Source: Aulosira sp. ZfuVER01 (GTDB lineage: Bacteria; Cyanobacteriota; Cyanobacteriia; Cyanobacteriales; Nostocaceae). Taken from it: a stretch of 64,000 bases of DNA. Each line of letters opens with the position of its first letter. The first letter of the stretch is position 1. The position numbers and the translations under genes were made by a program. Shown piece by piece: positions 9,354-17,608 of this stretch. The DNA lies in contig JAVRCV020000068.1 in the NCBI GenBank assembly GCA_034530615.2, positions 32,001 to 96,000 of the forward strand, written 5' to 3'. The notes beneath the pieces are model-generated. The model saw only the letters and a program-made list of their open reading frames with translations. It had not been told where the DNA came from and ran no database searches.

Positions 9354-11249
9354 GTGCGATCGCCAACCCGAATCAGTCCCCCCCAAACCGAGAATCATAC
9401 CCAGCCTAATACGACTATCGAAACCGTCGTAGTAACCCCTAAACGGGCATCCGGCGGTTTTGCTCTCCTTGACAGCCTCCAGCGCCACGGTGTTGAGTAT
9501 ATTTTTGGTTATCCCGGTGGAGCAATTCTGCCAATTTACGATGACCTTTACAAAGTGGAAGCGACTGGTAGCATTAAGCACATCCTTGTGAGACACGAAC
9601 AAGGTGCATCTCATGCTGCTGACGGCTATGCCCGTGCTACAGGTAAGGTAGGAGTGTGCTTTGGTACTTCGGGTCCCGGGGCGACTAACTTGGTAACAGG
9701 TATCGCCACCGCCTATATGGACTCGATTCCGATGATTGTGGTCACAGGGCAAGTACCACGGGCCTCAATTGGTACGGATGCGTTTCAAGAAACTGATATT
9801 TATGGAATTACCTTGCCAATTGTCAAACACTCTTATGTAGTGCGCGATCCAAAAGATATGGCACGGATTGTGGCTGAAGCGTTCCACATCGCTAGCACAG
9901 GACGCCCAGGCCCAGTTTTAATTGATGTTCCTAAAGATGTAGCTTTAGAAGAATTTGACTATGTACCTGTGGAACCAGGTTCGGTGAAATTACCTGGCTA
10001 TCGTCCTACAGTCAAGGGGAATCCACGGCAGATCAACGCCGCCATCCAGTTAATCAAGGAAAGTAGCCGACCGCTATTGTATGTCGGTGGGGGTGCGATC
10101 GCTGCTGGGGCACATGAAGAAGTTCAAGAACTAGCTGAGTTATTTAATATTCCCGTCACTACCACTTTGATGGGTATCGGTGTGTTTGACGAACATCATC
10201 CCCTAGCCTTGGGTATGTTGGGGATGCACGGCACAGCCTATGCTAACTTTGCTGTGACTGATTGTGACTTGTTGATCTGCGTTGGCGCGAGATTTGATGA
10301 CCGCGTAACTGGGAAGTTAGATGAATTTGCCTCCAAGGCAAAAGTCATTCACATCGACATCGATCCCGCAGAAGTTGGTAAAAACCGCGTTCCCGAAGTA
10401 CCCATTGTTGGTGACGTGCGCAATGTCTTAGTTGACTTGTTACGGCGCTGCAAACAAACAGGTACAAAGGCTAAACCCAACCAAAACCAAGAGTGGTTAA
10501 ACCTAATTAACCGCTGGCGGGAAGAATATCCCTTGATAGTGCCCCAGCATCCTGACAGTATCTCACCCCAAGAGGTAATTGTCGAAATTGGTCGCCAAGC
10601 ACCCCACGCTTTCTACACTACAGATGTAGGTCAACATCAAATGTGGGCAGCGCAATTCCTCAAAAATGGCCCCCGACGCTGGATTTCCAGTGCTGGTTTG
10701 GGAACAATGGGCTTTGGCGTCCCGGCGGCAATGGGTGCGAAAGTGGCGTTTCCGGATGAAGAAGTTATTTGTATCAGTGGCGATGCCAGTTTCCAAATGT
10801 GTTTGCAAGAATTGGGCACACTTGCACAATATGGCATCAATGTCAAGACTGTAATTCTCAATAACGGCTGGCAGGGAATGGTACGCCAGTGGCAGCAAGC
10901 CTTCTATGGTGAGCGTTATTCCTGCTCGAATATGGAAGTAGGAATGCCAGATATTGAGTTTTTAACCAAAGCCTATGGTATTAAAGGCATGGTGATTAGC
11001 AAACGGGAAGAACTCCAAGATGCGATCGCTGAAATGCTGGCACACAATGGCCCGGTAGTTGTCGATGTGCGCGTTACCAGAGATGAAAACTGCTATCCAA
11101 TGGTAGCTCCAGGTAAGAGCAATGCCCAAATGATTGGCTTACCCAAGCAACCGCCAACAACTGCTACAGAACCAGTTTATTGTAACCACTGCGGCACGAA
11201 AAACCTGCCCACCTACAACTTCTGTTCTGAGTGTGGCAATAAACTCTGA
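9354..11249 (+). CDS. ilvB: Acetolactate synthase large subunit with C-terminal zinc ribbon
   Basis: [36 protein letters not shown] motif GDASF...NNG. GTG at 9354 has better SD (GAGG) spacing than TTG at 9348. Tail CNHC...CSEC. Confidence 0.95.
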   Translation: MRSPTRISPPQTENHTQPNTTIETVVVTPKRASGGFALLDSLQRHGVEYIFGYPGGAILPIYDDLYKVEATGSIKHILVRHEQGASHAADGYARATGKVGVCFGTSGPGATNLVTGIATAYMDSIPMIVVTGQVPRASIGTDAFQETDIYGITLPIVKHSYVVRDPKDMARIVAEAFHIASTGRPGPVLIDVPKDVALEEFDYVPVEPGSVKLPGYRPTVKGNPRQINAAIQLIKESSRPLLYVGGGAIAAGAHEEVQELAELFNIPVTTTLMGIGVFDEHHPLALGMLGMHGTAYANFAVTDCDLLICVGARFDDRVTGKLDEFASKAKVIHIDIDPAEVGKNRVPEVPIVGDVRNVLVDLLRRCKQTGTKAKPNQNQEWLNLINRWREEYPLIVPQHPDSISPQEVIVEIGRQAPHAFYTTDVGQHQMWAAQFLKNGPRRWISSAGLGTMGFGVPAAMGAKVAFPDEEVICISGDASFQMCLQELGTLAQYGINVKTVILNNGWQGMVRQWQQAFYGERYSCSNMEVGMPDIEFLTKAYGIKGMVISKREELQDAIAEMLAHNGPVVVDVRVTRDENCYPMVAPGKSNAQMIGLPKQPPTTATEPVYCNHCGTKNLPTYNFCSECGNKL

Positions 11250-11467
11250 AGAGTACTGAGTATTTTTTACTTTATTCAGCACTGAGTTCGGTAAATTTTA
11301 GAATTTAGAGATTTAGATACGCAGGGGATTATATCCTCTGCGTTTTTTTGTGGAAAAATTTCCGTAAAAATCACAGATGTGTGTTTTTCTTGATTTTTTT
11401 GGGAATCCTAAGTCTCAGGAAAAAAGATTGGCTTTCCCATCAATCACGGAACTTTGAAAGGATAGTT

Positions 11468-11932
11468 ATGTTACAGCGTAAGTGGGCCAACAGAAGCAAC
11501 AGTTCAGTCGCCTTAGAACCAGAAGTAGCGATCGCAGTCATTGGACTGTTTTCCGCAGCATCTGATGATGAAGGTGTCAGCAGAACCGAAGAATTTGCTT
11601 TGAGTGAAATGCTAGCTGGTATTTCTCAATTTGAAGATTTCTCTGAGCGAGACTTTGAAGAATTGACACAGAAAGTCTATGACTTGCTAGAGGAAGAAGA
11701 ACCAGAGGATGTCATTGAGCAGGCGATCGCTTCTTTGCCAGATGAAGAATATCGAGAAGCAGCTTACATTACCGCACTGTTGGTAGTCGGGATTGACGGT
11801 GAAGTACCCGACAGCGAACAGGATTATATATCTGAGCTTCAGGACGCCTTAAATATTACCAACAGGCGCGCGCAACAGATCATAGACCACATCTTTGGAG
11901 AAGATGATGAAGATGAGTACGAGGATGAATAA
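11468..11932 (+). CDS. TerB-like (tellurite resistance family) protein
   Basis: AIAVIGLFSAASDDEG..EE and VVGIDGEVPDSEQDYISELQDALNI, a duplicated TerB helix pattern; acidic; ATG at 11468 after AAGGA. Confidence 0.75.
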   Translation: MLQRKWANRSNSSVALEPEVAIAVIGLFSAASDDEGVSRTEEFALSEMLAGISQFEDFSERDFEELTQKVYDLLEEEEPEDVIEQAIASLPDEEYREAAYITALLVVGIDGEVPDSEQDYISELQDALNITNRRAQQIIDHIFGEDDEDEYEDE

Positions 11933-12021
11933 CTCTTTTTATGCTTCAATTCCCGATCTTGTAAGCTGGGTTACTTGATATCGGGCAAAACTTTTATCTC
12001 TACAATTGCAGAATCAATCAA

Positions 12022-12064
12022 CAGCTCATGATGGCTTAAAACTGCTAATCATGAGCTTTTTGTT
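12022..12064 (+). terminator. Intrinsic terminator
   Basis: AGCTCATGAT...ATCATGAGCT hairpin followed by TTTTT. Confidence 0.65.
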
Positions 12065-12090
12065 GGAAAAATCTAACTCTTGCAGAGGCT

Positions 12091-12193
12091 AATACCATTT
12101 TGGATTTTAGATTTTGGATTTTGGATTGGGGATTGCTTTCTATGTCTCGCTTGTGGGAATCCATCTGTTGCATTTTTTTTTCAAATTGGTATA
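12091..12193. repeat. MITE-like element containing TTTTGGA heptamer repeats
   Basis: Ends ATACCA.../...TGGTAT; internal (TTTTGGA/TTTTAGA)n. Confidence 0.55.
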
Positions 12194-12195
12194 AG

Positions 12196-12657
12196 TCAAG
12201 AAATCTCATCAAAAGACTTGAGATCTGGAGCCACCCAACTTTGACGAGCTTTCCAAGACATGATTAACTCGTGACTGTAGTATTCATAAAATAGAGTTTT
12301 TCGCTCTCCATAAGTAGAGATAAAGTCATTGATCGATGCTGAGATAGAAGCTTTGTTATTGGCAGCAGCGAGGAAACGACAGGCGATCGCAATCCAAAAC
12401 AAAGTCAAAGTTTCATGATACCCACTGTTAATGGTAGTGACGATACCGTTGCACTGGTTGTAATGTTGAATTCCTGTACGGATACGTGCTATTGCTTCTG
12501 CTTGAGAGTACATAAATAAATACCACACAGCAATGGTGAGGTGAGCAGCATGGTTCCACTCACTTCGAGGCAATGTACAGGCTTCAAATTGCTGTACTAT
12601 CCTAACTACATCCTCATCAGTTTGGTAGAAGACAGCTTTAGCCTTGCTTTGATTCAT
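12196..12657 (-). CDS. Conserved hypothetical protein
   Basis: 153-aa ORF with His motifs FEACTLPRSEWNHAAHL and GYHETLT, and ARQSWVAPDL. Confidence 0.75.
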   Translation of the reverse strand: MNQSKAKAVFYQTDEDVVRIVQQFEACTLPRSEWNHAAHLTIAVWYLFMYSQAEAIARIRTGIQHYNQCNGIVTTINSGYHETLTLFWIAIACRFLAAANNKASISASINDFISTYGERKTLFYEYYSHELIMSWKARQSWVAPDLKSFDEIS

Positions 12658-13342
12658 GACAATTTTGAATTTTAAGTAAAAGGCAGTCTCTATTAACTCG
12701 TGACTCAGAACTATTTCAACTTAATTCCAATGAAATATGCTCTGCGATGCTCCTCAAGATTTAAGTTATGAATTTGACCACATAAGAGGTCAATCTTTGG
12801 ATAACTCTCGAAATTTATCTCTTTAGTGAGATGTTAATGATTATTATCCTTTTAAAGGATATCTTGTAGCGTTCAAGGAGAAAAATTCTATCCTTAAATT
12901 ACTAAGAATAGAAACTAAAGATAGATAAAAATATTGCTAATTTTACTTAGAATTTATTAGGTTATTTTATGCAACTGCTTAGGATAGTTTTAACTTAATA
13001 TTTTGTTATCAAAAAAATTATCAAATATCCTTCGCTTTACCAAAACTATACTCAAGCTTAGTGTATTGATAAACTGCTATGAACTTAGCAGATAGTTGCT
13101 GCAATCTGAGTTTTAATTAGATTGATAGCCTGATAACTGCTTTATTGTGCCGCAGTTGTATCTTTCATAAAAGAGCTATGATTGGCCGTAGCAGTCATTT
13201 CACAATTAGGCTGTTAATTTTGAGTGCGATCGCTCACAAAATACTTTATTTAGCCACAAACCTTTAGACTACCACTATAGAGGTAAATATAGTAGTAAAT
13301 CTTTCAACTATGTAAAGTTTGCTGGTAAATTTTATTATTAGC

Positions 13343-13370
13343 TTGACACAGTGTGTGGCAGTAGTAAAAT
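13343..13370 (+). promoter_or_regulatory. Sigma70-type promoter for the mgtE leader
   Basis: TTGACA (13343-13348), 16-bp spacer, TAAAAT (13365-13370). Confidence 0.65.
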
Positions 13371-13389
13371 CTACTCTTATTAAACGAAA

Positions 13390-13628
13390 AATCAGGGCGA
13401 TGAGTTAGTTACTTGTGTGGAATGCCACAGTTCTGCACACTTAAACTTTGCATCTATTCGGATAACGCCATTCCGGGTTAGTATATATGACTTAGCGATG
13501 CCTGATTGGATATCGATATTGAATTGTTGAATTTTATGGACCATAGTCCACAAGACGGTAGTATCAACCTCCTCTGAGCTGGCGAGACAGTCTCCCAGCG
13601 CGGGGGAGACCATTAGGAGGGAGGTATT
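13390..13628 (+). ncRNA. Candidate structured 5' leader / cis-regulatory RNA of mgtE
   Basis: Nested stems 13390-13507, hairpin 13537-13550, anti-SD pairing and alternative hairpins 13567-13625. Confidence 0.55.
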
Positions 13629-14981
13629 ATGCTCATGCAAGATGCGCACAATTCCATTGTTGGGGTTGCGGACTTAAATCAACTCAAATGGGATTTGAAT
13701 AATTTGCAACCCGTTGATGTTGGTGAATACATTACAAATTTGCCTACAAATGAACGAGCGATCGCATTTCGTCTGCTCAATAAAGCTCAGGCAATTGATG
13801 TTTTTGAATATCTACCGACAGAGGTACAAGAAGAACTAATAAATTCTCTCCATGATGTTCAAGTAGTGCAACTTGTGGAGGCCATGAGTCCTGATGAAAG
13901 GGCAGAATTATTTGACGAATTACCAGCTGGAGTAATTAAACGGTTATTACAAGAATTAAGTCCAGAACAAAGACAAGCAACAGCAACAATTCTTGGCTAT
14001 CCCGAAGGTACGGCTGGACGGGTAATGACCACAGAATATGTCCGCTTGCGGGAAGGATTGACCGTCGGTGAAGCTCTTAGTAAAATTCGCCGTCAGGACG
14101 AAGATAAAGAGACAATTTACTATGCCTACGTCACAGACGATAACCGCACTTTGGTCAGGGTGGTTTCACTGCGCCAGCTATTATTTACCTTTCCTGATGT
14201 CTTAATTCGAGATATTGCTAGCGATCGCGTCATTAGAGTGAGGACAGAAACTCCTCAAGAAGAAGTCGCCCAAATCATGAAGCGCTATGACTTAATCGCT
14301 ATTCCGGTTGTGGACAGGGAAGACCGATTAGTTGGTATTGTCACAATTGATGACGTAGTCGATATTTTAGAAGAAGAAGCTACAGAAGATATTCAAAAAT
14401 TAGCAGGTGTGAGTGGTGATGAAGCAGCTTTGTCTCCTCCTGGAATTACTATTCGCAAACGCCTACCTTGGCTATTAGGAATTATGGCTCTTTATGTTGG
14501 CGCAGCCAGTGCGATCGCCCCTTTTCAATCTGTGATTTCCGCAGTACCAGTTTTAGCCGTCATTATGCCAATCTTTTCTAATACTGGTGGTACTGTTGGT
14601 ATTCAAGCATTGACAGTCACAATTCGGGGTTTGGGTGTAGGTGAAGTGACATCCAAAGATACGATGAAAATTCTCCGCAAAGAACTTTTTGCTGGTATAG
14701 GCACAGCAGTCGCTTTGTGCTTGACAATGATTATGCTTTCCTTGATTTGGGCCAGGCCTCAAGAGCGATGGGTAGCTTTAGTTGCAGGTGCAGTGATGGC
14801 AACGAATACTATTGTGGCTGTCACACTGGGAACTTTACTACCAATGGGTTTAAAGCGGCTGAACCTAGATCCTGCCCTAGTTAGCGGGCCTTTAGTCACC
14901 ACAATGCTAGATACAATTGGATTCCTCACCTTCCTCTCGTTAATTTCTATAGCTTTAAACGTATTGCATTTACCAACTTGA
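13629..14981 (+). CDS. mgtE: Magnesium transporter MgtE
   Basis: MgtE N-domain, CBS pair (TAGRVMTTEY; IPVVDREDRLVGIVTIDD), RLPWL, DPALVSGPLVTTMLD; strong SD GGAGGT. Confidence 0.95.
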   Translation: MLMQDAHNSIVGVADLNQLKWDLNNLQPVDVGEYITNLPTNERAIAFRLLNKAQAIDVFEYLPTEVQEELINSLHDVQVVQLVEAMSPDERAELFDELPAGVIKRLLQELSPEQRQATATILGYPEGTAGRVMTTEYVRLREGLTVGEALSKIRRQDEDKETIYYAYVTDDNRTLVRVVSLRQLLFTFPDVLIRDIASDRVIRVRTETPQEEVAQIMKRYDLIAIPVVDREDRLVGIVTIDDVVDILEEEATEDIQKLAGVSGDEAALSPPGITIRKRLPWLLGIMALYVGAASAIAPFQSVISAVPVLAVIMPIFSNTGGTVGIQALTVTIRGLGVGEVTSKDTMKILRKELFAGIGTAVALCLTMIMLSLIWARPQERWVALVAGAVMATNTIVAVTLGTLLPMGLKRLNLDPALVSGPLVTTMLDTIGFLTFLSLISIALNVLHLPT

Positions 14982-15011
14982 AGAAAGCCAAGAGGCAGTT
15001 CTGATAAGAAA

Positions 15012-15165
15012 GCAGGGGAGCAGGGAGTGTGGGAAGGGTGGGGAGTGTGGGGAGACAAGGAGGACAAGAAATTTTAGATTTTAAATTTTGGATTTTAGAT
15101 TGAAATCCAATCCAAAATCGCAAATCCAAAATCCAAAATTGTTTCCAATGCCCAATGCCCTTGCC
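15012..15165. repeat. Mosaic of short tandem repeats
   Basis: GGGAGTGTG units, TTTTAGA/TTTTGGA units and their inverse AATCCAA, CCAATGC units. Confidence 0.7.
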
Positions 15166-15203
15166 TTTCGCCTTTTTATAAATGACACACGAAGCCCTGT
15201 AAT

Positions 15204-17600
15204 CTAGACTTTCATATCCAAGGTACGCACCAGAAACGCCCATTTATCTGTAACTTCCTCAATAATCTTTGCTGTTGGCTTACCAGCACCATGTCCTGCC
15301 TTAGTTTCAATTCTAATTAGCACTGGCGCATTACCTGCCTGAGCAGCTTGCAAGGCAGCCGCAAATTTGAAACTATGAGCAGGAACAACGCGATCGTCAT
15401 GATCTGCGGTAGTAATCAATGTTGCTGGATAAGCTGTACCTGGTTTTAAATTGTGCAGTGGTGAATAGGCATATAACGCTTTAAATTCTTCTGGGTTGTC
15501 TGGTGAACCATATTCCGAAGTCCAAGCCCAACCGATGGTAAATTTGTGGAACCGCAACATATCCATTACGCCTACTGCGGGTAAAGCAGCGCCAAACAAA
15601 TCGGGACGCTGAGTCATACAAGCACCCACTAATAAACCACCGTTGCTACCACCACTAATTGCCAGTTTTGCAGATTTGGTATATTTATTCGCAATTAACC
15701 ATTCAGCAGCAGCAATAAAGTCATCAAAGACATTTTGCTTTTTCAACTTCATGCCTGCTTGGTGCCATTCTTCACCGTATTCTCCACCACCGCGAATATT
15801 CGGCATCGCGTAAATACCACCCATTTCCATCCACACCAAATTACTCACAGAAAAACTCGGTGTCATTGAGGCATTAAATCCACCATAAGCATATAGATAG
15901 GTGGGGTTATTTCCATCTAACTTAATACCTTTTTTGTGAGTAATAAACATGGGCACTCTTGTGCCATCTTTACTCTGATAAAAAACTTGTTTTGTCTCGT
16001 AATCTGCCGGATTAAAATCTACTTTTGGTTGACGGTAAACTTTACTTTTTCCCGTTACCATATCATAGCGATAGATAGTACCTGGTGTAGTGAAGCTAGT
16101 AAAACTATAAAAAGTTTCTGTATCATAACGCTTGCCATCAAAGCCACCTACAGAACCCAGTCCAGGTAATTCTACCTCGCGCACAAATGTACCTTTAAGG
16201 TCAAAAATTTTGAATTGGCTGCGAGCATCTTTCAGATAATCAGCCACAAATTGGTTATTGAGTATACTTACGCCTTCTAAAGTTTCTGCTGATTGAGGGA
16301 TAATTTCTCGCCAATTTTCCGGTGCTGGTTTTTTGGTATCAATAGCAATAACTCTGCCACGTGGTGCCTTTAAATCTGTGCGGAAATAGAAGACACTATC
16401 ATCATGCTCAATAAAACTGTAATCGGCCTCAAATCGGTTAATCAGTTCTACAACTTCAGTATTGGGATTAGTTAAATCTTTATAAAAAACTAAATTTTTG
16501 GAATCAGTTCCCAACCAAACTGAAATTATTAAATATTTGCCGTCTTCAGTAACTTCACCACTAAAACCCCATTCTTTCTCATCAGGGCGATGGTAGATTA
16601 ATAAATCTTCTGATTGTGAAGTACCAAGTCGGTGATAATAAAGTTTTTGATAATAGTTAACATCTGTCTTGGAAAATTGCTCCTCTTGGGGAGCCACCCC
16701 TGTGGGCGGGTCTCCCGACTTGAAGGGAGTGGCGTGAGATCCCAAGACCGCATTTTCCGCTTCTAATTTACTTTTATCCTGCGGTTCATTGTAGCGACTG
16801 TAGAAAAAGCCTTGATTATCCTTTGTCCAGGATACGCCAGAGAATTTAATCCACTTCAGTTGGTCTTTTAGATCTTCACCTGTTTCGATATCACGTACTT
16901 TCCACTCTTGCCAATCAGAACCAGAGGTAGATAGACCATAAGCTAAAAGTTGACCATTATTACTAATGGATAATCCCGAAAGAGCAACCGTACCATCTTC
17001 TGAGAGTTTATTAGGGTCGAGTAAAACTTTTGGCTGGGCATCAAGAGTTTTCAGGGTGTAGAGGACGCTTTGGTTTTGCAGCCCATCATTTTTAAAATAA
17101 AAGTAGCGTTCGGTAGCACCCTTTTCGCGAGATTCGCCTTCTTTAAATGGAATACTATATCGTTCGTAATTCCACAGTTTAGTTAGGCGCTGTCTAATTT
17201 TTTCCTGGGCAGGAATCTCATTGAGATAGCCAAAAGTAACTTTATTTTCTGCTTCAATCCAAGTTCTGGTTTCTGCCGAATCAGGATTTTCTAACCAACG
17301 GTAAGGATCTGCCACTAAAGTACCGTGGTAGTTATCGACTCGATCGCTTTTGCGGCTAGGTGGATAAGTCAACATAGTTTTTGATGGAACTCGTTGCCGT
17401 GCGTAATGTTCAGAAGATGGGGTGATAGAAACCTGCCGCAGGGACGGGTTCCTCCCATCTATTAATTTCTCGACTAGTACTGGTGAAGGAAACTTAGTGG
17501 AAATTGTAGCATTAGCAACACTAGCAGGTAGCAACCATCGGCAAATAATCACTGTTACCAAAAAGATTACTAACAACCGAGTCCATGAAACTTTGACCAT
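15204..17600 (-). CDS. Prolyl oligopeptidase (S9A); start uncertain, possible N-terminal signal extension
   Basis: DPYRWLE, GGSNGG catalytic Ser, DHDDRV, GHGAGKP. Confidence 0.93.
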   Translation of the reverse strand: MVKVSWTRLLVIFLVTVIICRWLLPASVANATISTKFPSPVLVEKLIDGRNPSLRQVSITPSSEHYARQRVPSKTMLTYPPSRKSDRVDNYHGTLVADPYRWLENPDSAETRTWIEAENKVTFGYLNEIPAQEKIRQRLTKLWNYERYSIPFKEGESREKGATERYFYFKNDGLQNQSVLYTLKTLDAQPKVLLDPNKLSEDGTVALSGLSISNNGQLLAYGLSTSGSDWQEWKVRDIETGEDLKDQLKWIKFSGVSWTKDNQGFFYSRYNEPQDKSKLEAENAVLGSHATPFKSGDPPTGVAPQEEQFSKTDVNYYQKLYYHRLGTSQSEDLLIYHRPDEKEWGFSGEVTEDGKYLIISVWLGTDSKNLVFYKDLTNPNTEVVELINRFEADYSFIEHDDSVFYFRTDLKAPRGRVIAIDTKKPAPENWREIIPQSAETLEGVSILNNQFVADYLKDARSQFKIFDLKGTFVREVELPGLGSVGGFDGKRYDTETFYSFTSFTTPGTIYRYDMVTGKSKVYRQPKVDFNPADYETKQVFYQSKDGTRVPMFITHKKGIKLDGNNPTYLYAYGGFNASMTPSFSVSNLVWMEMGGIYAMPNIRGGGEYGEEWHQAGMKLKKQNVFDDFIAAAEWLIANKYTKSAKLAISGGSNGGLLVGACMTQRPDLFGAALPAVGVMDMLRFHKFTIGWAWTSEYGSPDNPEEFKALYAYSPLHNLKPGTAYPATLITTADHDDRVVPAHSFKFAAALQAAQAGNAPVLIRIETKAGHGAGKPTAKIIEEVTDKWAFLVRTLDMKV
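16665..16760. repeat. 96-bp nested small dispersed repeat inserted in frame in the peptidase gene
   Basis: GC-rich palindromic block; adds 32 aa between KSKLE and DVNYYQKL. Confidence 0.7.
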
Positions 17601-17608
17601 TGAATTTT

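Noticed and set aside
13393..13500. Fluoride or M-box riboswitch call for the mgtE leader
   Set aside because: GGGCGATGAG resembles the fluoride aptamer start, but the adjacent P1 partner and compact size are missing; no M-box consensus seen. Left unassigned.
13392..13649. 85-aa minus-strand ORF
   Set aside because: Antisense to the structured leader and the mgtE start; no recognisable motif.
4866..17600. RiPP cluster linking the GG-leader peptide, MFS transporter and prolyl oligopeptidase
   Set aside because: The genes are separated by unrelated housekeeping genes, lie on different strands and have their own terminators.
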